Counted from the first letter of the stretch, positions 1 to 10,193 are shown. The stretch is 10,993 nucleotides of DNA from Anthoceros angustus (GCA_010909165.1 VJWM01000424.1:1-10993); one strand, 5' to 3'. The notes: generated from the sequence alone by a model not told the origin. A program made the numbers and translations.

Positions 1-506
1 ATAAGAGAATGACGTAAGCCTCCATCTCCGAGATAGGCCTTGAAGATTCCAAATGGGATCGTGCCAATCGAAATGCATTAACATGATGTTCGATGGTGTC
101 GGACTCCTTCATTGAGAGGTTGAAGTTACGTGAAGTCAACAACTCATTACATCTCGAGATGAATATAATTGAGCAAGGTGAGTCCACATATCCTTGGAGG
201 TCTTTGCGTGTGCGACATGTCTCACCATATGTTGAGAAAGTCCACCGACCAATAAATCTTGTGCCCCCCGTCCCGTGAAGGTTGAAGTTCACGTTCAAAG
301 GGCGTGGCCTTGGAATTGATCCATCGACGATGCCCCAAAGGTCTCTTTGCCGCAAAGCTCCTCGCATTCTCAATGACCGATGTCATAATCCCTTCCATTG
401 AATCTATCTTTCTCTTTGAAATCACCATAATGATAATGCAATGAAGTGTTAGCATTATCATTACCCAATGGGAATTAGGAACATTATTATTGATCACTCC
501 AGCCAT
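1..506 (-). pseudogene. gag: Ty1/copia gag N-terminal region, frameshifted, runs off the left end of the window
   Basis: Joining minus-strand frames gives RFNGRDYDI(W)SLRMRGALRQRDLWGIVDGSIPRP (about 405-304), the typical copia gag N-terminal motif. NLSMKESDTIEHHVNAFRLARSHLESS (about 130-40) resembles the UBN2/Retrotran_gag_2 segment. The ATG at 506 comes from the ORF track. Confidence 0.8.
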
Positions 507-1275
507 TGTAGGTGATTTAGAGGACTAGGCCTGCATGTACCTCTCATCTTCTTTATTGCACGAAACTCTTCTCTTGCATCATAGTCGATTCGGATGATGA
601 TAGCATGCTCTCAAATCTCGCGCATTATCAACCTTAGAGAGAATAGACAATTTTGTCCTTAATTCAGATAATTCTCCTTAAGATCAAAGGATTGGATTCT
701 AAGAGTTGCTAATTGACTATCAATTTCTTGAAATCTAAGAGTTTCTATGCTATTTTTGTCTTGCGAGACTAGAAGATAAAGGAGTACTAATACCAAATTC
801 AAATTTGGGATATGTTGGAGAGCTAATTCTAATGCCTTGACGTGAATTGGACTAAAACTTCTAGCAAATCACGCCTAGCTAGCTTGATAAACTTCCCTTG
901 ATCCGGGTTTAGAAATTAAAATAGATGCAATGAAGTTTGCTATACAAGAGGAGGTTTCTATCTCTCCTCTATAGCTTGTTGTCTTCTATTGCTTCTATGT
1001 GTTGGGCTCCTAATTTGTTCTTGTTGTCTGTCTGGACTACTTCTCTTCTTAACTCTATGCCTTCTCCTTCTAAGGGAACACAAATCCATGGAGGAAGAAC
1101 AAAGAATTAGTGCATAAAAGCATTGTTAGAAGAGAAATGTTAGCATAAAAGAATGCATGCAAAGATAGCAATTCTAGGATAAACACAATCCATCTAGGCA
1201 AATGCTAGATTAGAAAGTGTCTCCTAGATAAGCTACTTAGATGCATGAGGATGCAAGCAAACAAAGAGCAAGTGT

Positions 1276-1286
1276 GCTCGATACCA
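1276..1286 (-). promoter_or_regulatory. Primer-binding site complementary to tRNA-iMet, one base missing
   Basis: The minus strand reads TGGTATCGAGC (canonical TGGTATCAGAGC) directly after ...TCATCA, an LTR-type CA end, and lies upstream of copia gag in the same orientation. Confidence 0.8.
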
Positions 1287-1428
1287 TGATGAGAATCATA
1301 CACAAGCTCAAGCAATATGTGTTGCATTACATTCATAATAGAAAGTACATGCTTTTATGTAGGCAAGGTAGTTGTAACCAATAAATGGTTGTAACAACTA
1401 ACCAATTAACCAACTAACCAACTAACCA
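1287..1428 (-). mobile_element. 5' LTR of the copia element (about 142 bp, possibly 5'-truncated)
   Basis: Minus strand runs TGGTTAG...TCATCA and is followed by the PBS. It has a TATA-like CTACATAAAAG (1362-1352) and TAACCAAC-type tandem repeats. The left boundary is firm; the right boundary (1426-1429) is less certain. Confidence 0.65.
1399..1428. repeat. 8-bp tandem repeat (TAACCAAY, about 3.75 copies) in the copia LTR
   Basis: taaccaat taaccaac taaccaac taacca, read directly from the sequence. Confidence 0.85.
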
Positions 1429-3059
1429 CGAAGTCGATTCCCCATTTCTCAAACGGTGCTAGTGCAGTATGGCACCAGGCCATTGCTCGTTATTTCCATC
1501 CGTCGACAAGCATCACATTTTTACAATGCAAGTGCCACCATACATGGTCCAAGATCCGCCTCCAAGATTTTCTTGGTGGTGACCATCGCATAATGACCAC
1601 CGCCTGGCCTTCATGCATCCCTTTTATGACTACCTCCATTTCCGCTGAAGGTACCTACGCCCACACCGTCCCACCTTAAAGATGCATCCATTGTACATCC
1701 CGGCGGGCCGAGCGTAGTGTACAAGGCTGTTGCTAACTCCTTTGGAATCTCCATCTCCATGTGTACTGCTCCAACCTCGTATGGGCCGTCTTCACCGCCT
1801 CCTTCTCCACTGCTACGGCTATACTGGCTACAAGTTTGGGGTCCTTTAGGCTACGCCCTCCTCCGTGTCTCCACCGCCACCAATTCCTCGTCTCGAAGTC
1901 ATCCTCCGATCCTCATTGCCTCCGCCTTCAACCTCGGATAAGAAGTCGATTTTGGTGTTGCTTCCTTGCCGGGTCTCCACCTCAAAGGTGAACTCGGAGC
2001 AGCAAAATCCACCTCGCACTACCGACAGTCTCGCTTTATTCACCGTGATGCTTGAGCACAAGTGATCGATAGAACACAAACTCGCTGGGGCGTAAGATAG
2101 TGTCAATTTCTTGATCACAGATACTCATTCCCAACGCCCGCCTCCGTAGTAGTTTACTTCGCATGCGTGAGTGCCTTCCAAAGATAGTAGATTGATAATC
2201 CTCCGCTTGTCCCTTTTGATCGAGCATCAATCCGACGGCAAGGCCGACCGCCTACATACACATGGAACCGCCACTCAGCCTCGACCTTTAATACCGAGCG
2301 CTGTGTCAGAGATCCAATGCCGCCCTTTCGTGTGTCCAGTCCACCTCCTCCTTCCCCGAGTAACTCATAGCTTGGCGGCCCTCTTAAGTCCGAATGAACT
2401 GAATAACCTACCATGCCGAGAATCCGCAGCCTTGAGTGGGCGCAGGTGGACTAAATGACCCCGACCTTATCTTGGTCCACCTCTATCCTCGCTACCACAC
2501 ACGATGCCCCAGTACCTTCCGTCATTCCAAAGTAGCATTCGGATGCGCATACCCGTGTTTCATACACGCCCAAGCACTTCCAGTGCTCAACGCTTGTCTT
2601 CCTCTCCATGCCACGTAAGTTGGGTCCCAGAATACCTCCATGAAGTCCCTAAAACTCAAGACATTAGTCACCATCCGCATGAATGATCCGGTGTCATCCC
2701 AAAGGCACTTAAGCGAACGCCTCACCCGTGGTGAACGCTTGTCTTATCCCATCCGACTCCTTAGTGCTGGTTGTAGCCGAGTATCCATCCAAGAAGGAGA
2801 GTACCCTCGCCACCTTGTCCAGATCTCGTATGGGGCAGGGGAAATGGTCCTTCCTGTGCGCTTGAGTTTCCTCCAACTCGATGCACACGGATCCGTCTTG
2901 CTGCTTTCTTGGGCACACATAATGGGTGCTACCCATTCACCGATTACGATTGGGAAGATGATGTCCTATATTTATTCAGACCTCCTTGACCTTGAGCGAG
3001 TGCTTGGGATTCAATTTATATTGTCGAATCAAAAACTCCCGGCTTCGTGTCTATCCTAA
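1427..3059 (-). pseudogene. pol: Ty3/gypsy pol fragment: reverse transcriptase, RNase H and integrase zinc-binding N-terminus; truncated at both ends, many frameshifts
   Basis: Minus-strand motifs occur in gypsy order: RIDTKPG..RQYKLNPKHSLKVKE (about 3055-2985), EWVAPIM (2938-2918), KDHFP, SFLDGYS (about 2797-2777), GSFMRMVTNV..DFMEVF-D (degenerate YxDD region, about 2680-2625), RNase H-like ..ALGM.. and EFTFEVETR (about 2230-1930), integrase MHEG..GGHY..TTKKILEA..CDAC (about 1630-1500) and APFEKWGIDFV (1459-1427). Confidence 0.93.
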
Positions 3060-3540
3060 TGGAATATAAAGTATGGGCAACCACCCAAAAGAGCCAAGAC
3101 GAATAAGTTTGATTTTTTTTGGCTAGAACGATTGAAGAGGAGCATGCCAAGAAATTTTCTCGAGAATCTTGAAGCTGGAGTTGTAGGATATTGTTAGGAA
3201 GATGAAGAGGATATCCCAGGAAGAATGGGTCGAAACGACCCCGCATTTGGTGAGGGCACCGAAAGGGTAGGTAGGTATCATCGTAGGTCGCCACACGCCC
3301 GTAGGTCGAAAAGAAGCGCATCGCTGTAAGTCGCGTATCACCGTAGGTGACAATCTCGCTAAAAGGAATTAGAATATAGGGGGATATCCACTATATATGC
3401 TCACCAATAGGGAATAATATATAGAGTAATTAGAAAGTAATTAGGGATAGCATAGGGATAGGAAAATAGGTAGTTTAGATAGAATTAGGATTTTGGAATG
3501 ATGAACCCAATCTAGGGTTGGCCCGTGGCATATCCAAGGA
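3060..3540. mobile_element. Non-coding LTR/UTR-like segment that abruptly replaces the RT N-terminus
   Basis: Pol similarity stops at about 3059 and TG begins at 3060 (CA end on the minus strand). The segment contains degenerate GTAGGTCG repeats and an AT-rich CTATATAT at 3391. No partner LTR is visible in the window, and orientation is unresolved. Confidence 0.35.
3267..3350. repeat. Degenerate short repeat with core GTAGGTCG, five copies at 16-25 bp spacing
   Basis: gtaggt at 3267, gtaggtcg at 3283 and 3301, gtaagtcg at 3326, gtaggtga at 3343. Confidence 0.6.
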
Positions 3541-3618
3541 GGCAAAGTGCGCTTGCTCCTTCCACTCGAGGACCTTGGGACGTAAGGAGAAGGAGAAGAA
3601 GGTGAAGGAGGAGTGAAG

Positions 3619-6600
3619 ATCGCCATCGGCCGCCCGCGCGGGAAGAGCGCCAGAGAGAGAGGGAGCTCAGGAAAGGGCGAAAAGAAGACATCCAAACCGG
3701 AGCAGGGAGCTGAAGCTGAGGAGCGCGCCAAAGCGCGGAGAGGAGAAAGCTGGACCAAGGGCAACAAGGTGTGAGAGAAGTAAAAGCGGGAAGGCAAATT
3801 TACCGGGCGCCTGAAGGAAAGAAAATTGGCACCGGAAGATTCAACCTGTGGCTAACAGGCCGCAGAGGGTGTTACCACCAAAGGAAGAAGGAGGTGAAAT
3901 TAAGCTCTTGGAAGTAATTCCTCCTTTGAAGCACTTGAGAGGAAGCACCATGCCTCGAGCTGGAAAGGCAAGGGAAGGAGCCGCCGCCAAGGGCTTCCTC
4001 GCGAGAAGGAAGAAAAGGCAGAGAGGTCGCCGCCGTGGGAGTGATGATGCTCAATTCACTTTTGGGCAACAAGATTTAGGTTGATTTCAAGGCGAGGAGG
4101 ACAACATCCAATGGGATGGGTGGCCGCCAATGGGCCTACACCAATTTGGAATTGATTGAGGAGTGTTACATCAACCTCCATCAATCGGAAGCGCCCGCCG
4201 CCGGAAGGAATGCTCAACGGATCCCGCTGGACACAAGTATTGTGTGTGTATGGAGACCGAGAGGAGAGCTCGAATTGCTCTCTCGAAAGGTCGAATGGAG
4301 GGAAGAGGATCTCCGACATTCCGCAGATCCTCGACATGATGGATGGAGGAGTGAAGGCCCACGCCAAGAATGGAAGAGAGAGCATCAAGGAGTCAAGTGG
4401 AGGCTCTTCAAAGATTGGGGTTGGTAAATTACCAACGACCTCTTATTTCAAAGCACCAACTTCCTCCAATTTTGTGGAAGATTTCATGGGAGCCAAGCCG
4501 ATTGGGGACCATCATGAGGCCTACATCCACCACCGAGAAAGCCTCCTTGTTGGATGAGGAAGGGCCCAAGGCTGCTACCTTAGCACCTATTTGGTGGAAA
4601 AGGGCTTCTCACAAGCAAGGAGCTTGAAGATGCATGGCATCCCTTTGAGGTCATCCATCTCCACCGAGGTTGGAAAGGCCTTGCCTTTGCATTGAGGAAG
4701 AGGGAGGTCGACTCCACAAGCATGCTAGAAGCAAGAGGAGGATGGGAGGCAACAAGGTTGCCGGGGAATTTTCCCACAGAGCAAGCAAGAGGAGAAGAGC
4801 AAGAACCGCCGAGGAAGGCCGAATGGTAGTCTATGAGAGAAGGACTACCATGGAGGGTGAGGGAGTGGGGAGTCCCCACTCTCATTTGTGCCTACGAGAG
4901 GCACCCCACCTCACTCCCTAGGGAGGCACCACCCAAGGGTGGGCATCAGTGGAGCCACCACCACGGTAGGTAGGCGCACCGCTGGGGGGAGCCCCACACG
5001 GTAGGCACCCCACGCCAGCGTGACGAGGGAAGGGAAGGAGAAGGCGCCGCGGGCGGCGCCGAGGCCACCATCCCGCTACTGGAGGGAGAGCGGATGGAGC
5101 GACTGAGGGGACCCAAGGCCGCTGCGATGGCCCGAGTGCAGAGAGCTGGAAATTTCAAGAAGGAGGGTGGAATTAGGACCCCTAGGAGAATTGCAGTGCT
5201 TGTGAAGCACTCATGTGGATTTGAAGGGGCTAGGGACCCAGCCCTCCTTGGGCATGCCAAGAGGAAGTGAAAGCCTCAAGACATGGCCGGAGGAAGGCAG
5301 GGACCAAATGGCAATTGGAGGCCATGGAGTCCGATGAAAAGGCAGCCAAGCCGAAAAGGTCAGAGAGAAGCTCCAACGCGACCTCATGGATGACAAGGCA
5401 AAGGTCCTAGAGGGAAGGTCACAAGAAGAGAGCCATTCGGCAAACCCAACGGATTCATGGAGATGTATATGAGGAGCATTTTGCCCAATTAGAGCAAGAA
5501 AAGGGCAAAACAGAGGCTCTGAGGAGAAGATAGCGGTCCAGAATGGACGCAAGAGCGTGTGATGGCTACCCAAGCCATCAAGATCCGGACATGAAGAGAG
5601 AATTGAGAAGGACTTCAATTTGAAGAGAAGCGCGAGCTGGCTCAAGACAAGACAAGAATTGAGCGCGGGGAAGTGAGCAAGTGGAGAAGGAGGCTTGCCA
5701 AGCAATAGACTGGAACAAAGGAGGTTCCAAGAGGAGGAGCGCCACAAGAAGGTGGTGCACATGTGGTGAGGAAGGAGATTTTGGGCATTATGCCCTTCGT
5801 GCAAAATTGGCCAACCATAAGGAAGTGAGGGAGGAGAATGTGACCTCCATGTCAAGGTGGGGGAATTGACCACCTCAAGGGACGCCTACAAAGGTAGGTG
5901 TGAAGATGGAGAGTGGCCTGAGATTGATGATCTCCAAATGCAATATCATAGCTTGGGGCTCACCTCACAATAGATTTTGAAGGCCAACAATGAGATCTTT
6001 GCTTGGCCAAGAGGAGGACATTGGGTCCTCATGATGATGACAAAGGAGCCGCAAGTGCAGCAGAGGCCTCCGATTTTGATGAGGCCATCACGAAATGGAC
6101 TCCGAGGAACGAGGAGTCGAGATGAGGAGCCACCAAAGGTGTGGAAGATGGCGCAGAGCAAGGAGGGGAAAGCCCACCTCCGGGGGTCAACCCACCATGG
6201 TAGGTGACCACCACCAGTAGTCCGCCACTACCGTGGTAGACAACACCACGCCTAGTCCGCCATCACCGGGTAGGGCAGCGGGCGCGGAGCCTGCTGGGGA
6301 GTCGGGCCGAGGATGGATGAGGAGCCGGGGTCCGAGTATACCCCTGAGGAGAGCTGAGGTGGTGGGGGAGACAACCCCACCGAGGAGACAAAGACGGTCA
6401 CCTGCCGAGGAAGGGAGGTGAGAAGTTCCCTCGCCCCACGAGCAAGGGAGGAGCCAGAGAGGAGACCAACGAAAAAGGCCCGAGAGTTAGGCATCTACAA
6501 TGGGGAAGAAGACTTTGAAGATGCTCTATGGTAGGTATGGACAACCAAACAAGGCAAAGAGCAATGGAGATCTGACCCAAGAAACCTCACCGGCGCGGGA

Positions 6601-6840
6601 GAAGAAGGAGATAGACCACTACCATGGTAGTCACCACCCCAGTAGTCCGCCGACACCGCGGGGTGCTGAACGGGCGCCACCAGCGGCGGAGGTCGGAGAA
6701 AAGGCGCCTAGGTGCGGGAGGACCGATGGGGGACAGATTTAGGCGCCATGGAGATGGAGGAAGGGGTGGATTGTACTTGCCCCACACAAGGCGACAAGAT
6801 CCGGGAAGGGACAGAGCAAAAGGAGGGCGAGGGAGCCAAT
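3619..6840 (+). pseudogene. Large frameshifted retrotransposon accessory ORF: basic disordered N-terminus, globular middle, coiled coil, Pro/acidic C-terminus
   Basis: A continuous purine-rich plus strand carries overlapping protein-like frames: IAIGRPRGKSARERGSSGKGEKK, YTNLELIEECYINL, APTSSNFVEDFMGAKPIGDHHEAY, EEHFAQLEQEKGKTEALRRR and HHPSSPPTP. No gag or pol motifs are recognisable. Boundaries are approximate. Confidence 0.5.
6194..6651 (+). repeat. Imperfect direct repeat of about 32 bp (6194-6226 and 6621-6651), partial third copy at 6253-6262
   Basis: accatggtag....cagtagtccgcc occurs in both copies and encodes S(S)PPxP motifs. Confidence 0.75.
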
Positions 6841-6848
6841 AAGGGACA

Positions 6849-7378
6849 TGTCACCACCAAAGAGATAGACTAAGAATGGTCAATGACCATAAATGAGCTT
6901 TGGGGAACGGAAGGATAGGTGTAGACCGACATCCTTTAAGGATGGTCTTAGGTGAAGTTACTAGAATAGAATTTACCAAGGATCGCATAATAGATTTAGG
7001 TGCCGTATATTAAATGTCAAGTAGGAAATAATAGAAAATTGGAAAAGGTGACCGCAGAGGGTCACCTAAGGGAGGTTGTATGTGGAAGGCCTCCTATAAG
7101 AGGAGGAGGATTTCACAAAGTAAAGTATCATGTCTTGCGCCCACCCCATCGAGTCCTTTGCCATTACAGAGGAATTTCGTGGCCGTGGAGCCAACCATTC
7201 TAGAGAGGAAGTCGCGTGGTCGGAGTGTTGGTGGAGGACTTGCTCACTGCAAGTGCCTAAACGAGTTGCTGTGAATGGTTGCTGTGAAATTGCTTTGCTT
7301 TGGGTGTGTGGCAAATGCCCTGTGGAAACTCGGCTTGAGACTACATGTGAAAGACTCGGAGGTTCTCGCCGGGTGTCA
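6849..7378 (+). mobile_element. Probable LTR (about 530 bp) upstream of the plus-strand gypsy gag
   Basis: Starts TGTCAC after a purine-rich tract and ends GGTGTCA. It has a TATA-like CCTCCTATAAGAGGAGG at 7090-7106 and is followed by aac-TAGCAACCG, a possible decayed TGGCGACC PBS. There is no second copy in the window to confirm the ends. Confidence 0.45.
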
Positions 7379-7381
7379 AAC

Positions 7382-7397
7382 TAGCAACCGCCCAAGG
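7382..7397 (+). promoter_or_regulatory. Possible decayed tRNA-Arg-type primer-binding site
   Basis: TAGCAACC differs from TGGCGACC by two G>A changes and lies 3 nt after the proposed LTR CA end. Confidence 0.3.
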
Positions 7398-7671
7398 AAG
7401 AACTCCGGTGGAGGCCGACCCTGTGCGCCAGCCGTAAGGGCGAGTCAAACCAAGAAGCCCGAATCGAGGTTAGAATAGGAGGAAGAGGATGAGAAGATGA
7501 GTAGAGGATTAGAGGTGTAGGTGTTAGGAAGGCCACAGCAGAGCCTAAGGGACGAATCCCAACTGCAAGTAAAAGAGCGCCCCGAGTGGAGAAGAGTGGT
7601 CTTAGAAGTAGGGACGAAATCGTGTGGACTGGGGGTCCTGGCGCCGTGATAGGCTCTAAGGCGGACTGCAA

Positions 7672-7989
7672 TTGTGTTGTGTCGTTGTAGGTCGAGGATT
7701 GGATTTTCAAGCAAAGGCAAGTGGTGCACCAAGAGAGAGTAGAGGGTTTGCCCGCTTAGAAGGCCGAGAAGTGTGTCTCGCAGACATCATCAAGGCCTCG
7801 AACTTTCACACAAGTCTCATGGGACGAAACCCAACGACGGGGGATACTGTGGCCGCTATAGTGGAGGACCGGAGTGCCCTTTTCCCTACCACATTTTTGG
7901 CGCGCTGTCGGGATTTGTTGTTGAAAGTTGAAGTTTTGTGGTTTCCATCGCTAGGTAGCGTGTTCAAAGGGACCGAGGGTCGACCATAG
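7672..7989 (+). CDS. Uninterrupted 105-aa ORF of unknown function in the gag leader
   Basis: From the ORF track (..CLADIIKASNFHTSLMGRNPTTGDTVAAIVEDRSALFPTTFLARCRDLLLKV..). It has a GTG start and no recognisable domain. Confidence 0.2.
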   Translation: MCCVVVGRGLDFQAKASGAPRESRGFARLEGREVCLADIIKASNFHTSLMGRNPTTGDTVAAIVEDRSALFPTTFLARCRDLLLKVEVLWFPSLGSVFKGTEGRP

Positions 7990-8092
7990 GGGTGAGAAGA
8001 AGGAATTTTCCGCCTAAGTCATAGGGGTGAATTGAGACACTAAAGGTGTGATTTGCTTCTTAACACTGTGGGGTTGGAGGACATGAGGATGG

Positions 8093-10193
8093 TTGCGATG
8101 TCGTAGGGGTCGATCTCGGGAGATACACGGAAGGTCACCACCACCGCCATCGCAAGGGACGACGAGCCTTGAAGGAATCGCTAAGAGACCGCCACGCCGC
8201 TACTCGAGGCAGGAGGAAGAGTCACGAGCGACGGAGGAAGTCGCCTTGACTAAGGCGAGGTGCGGAACGATGACGGAGAAGGAGGAGGAAGAGGCGAGAT
8301 CACCGGCGAGAGGAAGGAGGTCGAGAAGAGAAGGTGTCCCAAGGGAAGGGCGCCTCCGAGCACGACCGCACAACCGCCGAACTCCCGACGCTTTGCTTCT
8401 CAAAGGTGATACCACCCCTTCCGAATCGATAAAGGGACGACGAGGTCGCGAGCGGGAATTTCGTGCCCGGTCGGAGGATTTTGGAACGACTCGATCGAAT
8501 CTCCGATCGATTGATCTTTGGGACGACTAGAGGGAGGTCGCTACTCCTTTGGTAGAAGATTTCGCTCAAGGATCCCGATGCTTTCGTTACAAGGAAGAAG
8601 AGTGTTGGCGACGCCGAACGAGCAACATGAGTGGAGTTGGTGGAGGAGGAGGACCGCCTACTTCACACAAGAATACGCCAAATTCGGGCGAGAAGAAGAA
8701 GGGAGATGACGCGGAGGCGCTGAACTTTCGAGCACGCCTCCCACGCAATTGGAGGATGGAGTCGCCGATCGATCGCGATCTTCCGGATCCGAGAGGGCAT
8801 GCACAACAAAGGGTATGGTCGCATATATAATCGTGGCGCCAACGGATTGGGAAGCCTTAAGGCAGCCTTCTTGAATCGGGTTCCGAGGGCTCGCCATGCA
8901 CACCACACTTGGCAAGTTGAGAACCCTCCAGGAAGAAACGAGAATCGTTGTTCGATTATGTGGAGAGGTTTTAGATATCGGATCGAGTTCAAATGTGCAC
9001 CCGAGAGGCCGGAGATCCACCCACTGGTACTCAAGAGCAAGCGTTGGATTGGTTTGTGAGTGGCTTGTCGAAAATGGAGGTACACCGCAGCGTGAACAAG
9101 ACGCAAGGAGCCTCCGCTTAGCCGAGGAATGGGAGTCCGCCGAGTTGGGAGAGGAGGAGAGAAGAGGCGGTCATAAGAAGAGGAAAGGATCGAGGAGATC
9201 TAGCTCTCGCCTCTCCTCCTCCAGCGCGCCCTCATCGAAGTGAGCTGAACTCGAAAGCTCCACATCGGATGAAGAATCGAGAAGGCCTACGAACGATTTA
9301 ATGAAGAAGGACCGGAGAAGGTCAAAAACGACAAGAAGAGGCGGAACGCATTGGAGAAGGAGAGAAAGGGAAGACGGTCCGGATGGAGAAGGAGAAACGT
9401 CAGCAGGAGGAGGGATTGCCGGACAAGTGGAGGCTTTGACCAAGAGGTTGACCGAGGAGGTCAAGGCGTGAAGAATCAAGCTCCACGAAGATCTCCTTCA
9501 CCGCAGGCGCTTGGTGTATTGCTCAATCCATCAAACGGGACACACCAACCGAGAATGTATTCGCGCACCACGACGCTGTAAATCATGTGGAAACCACATG
9601 CCAGAGATTATTGGTATGTGACGCTTATTGCAAGTCACCGGAAGTCGGCCACACCAATCAATGAGGGCGACTTACCAACCGCCACACCTCAAGGTATGGA
9701 TCGCGTCCGACATCGCTGTGACAATGGAGACCGATCCATCACGGGCCATGGCAATTCCACTGGATGTTGTTATAATTGGAGCCCCGTGTCACTACTCAAA
9801 CGAATGCCCAACCTCGGAAGCAAGTGGGTTATGCTTGCTGTATGGGAATTGGGACATAAAATGGGGATCCTGTGTATGGGGTGGCGCGAGTGACACCAGA
9901 CGACTGTGGTCAGTTCACCGAGCAGCGAAGAGGCACGACCCAATCCCGAGACCGACATGAACCCGACCGGTCAAGGTGGAAGGGAGTTCGATTTCTTCGA
10001 CCCCGTGACATCCGGAATTGTGGAGGAAGGGGTACGGGGAGAGATGAGTTGATGAAGGGTTGATGGTGGCAACCACCGATCGCACTGGAGAGAAGGGCCG
10101 TAATGGAGAGACGACGTGAAGGAGAGGAAGCGGAGGAAGGTGAGGACCACTTTCCTCGGAGACGCTGCGCGAAGAGAGCAGGAATGGGACCCA
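8093..10193 (+). pseudogene. gag: Ty3/gypsy gag (capsid-like domain, RS-rich tract, multiple zinc knuckles), frameshifted and cut at about 10193 before any recognisable protease
   Basis: Joined frames give TDWEA-LKAAFLNR..MHTTLGKLRTLQ..ESLFDYVERF (about 8842-8972), a Retrotrans_gag-like segment. An RS/acidic tract spans about 9150-9400. Knuckle motifs include YCSIHQTGHTNREC (9517-9558) and CYN(C)GAP(G)HYSNECP (9768-9810). The 5' boundary is approximate. Confidence 0.82.

Noticed and set aside
3267-3350. CRISPR-like interpretation of the spaced repeats
   Set aside because: The cores are only 6-8 bp with irregular spacing, there are no cas genes, and the context is a plant retroelement.
3845-3870. 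CTAACA at 3852-3857 as an LTR end with a PBS-like sequence after it
   Set aside because: Protein-like reading continues through this point, and the following bases lack the TGG of a PBS.
5756-5803. CTCGEEGDFGHYAL as a zinc knuckle in the accessory ORF
   Set aside because: The spacing is wrong, and an alternative frame reads equally plausibly.
5211-5873. Longest ORF in the track (220 aa, minus strand)
   Set aside because: It is Leu/Ser/Phe/Pro-rich, the expected antisense shadow of a purine-rich coiled-coil coding plus strand.
3860-7062. Shared 11-mer CCGCAGAGGGT at 3860 and 7052
   Set aside because: Several 11-mer matches are expected by chance in 11 kb, and the flanks do not align.
7639-7647. 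TGGCGCCGT as a tRNA-Asp/Lys PBS
   Set aside because: It is not preceded by a CA LTR end and matches for only 9 nt.
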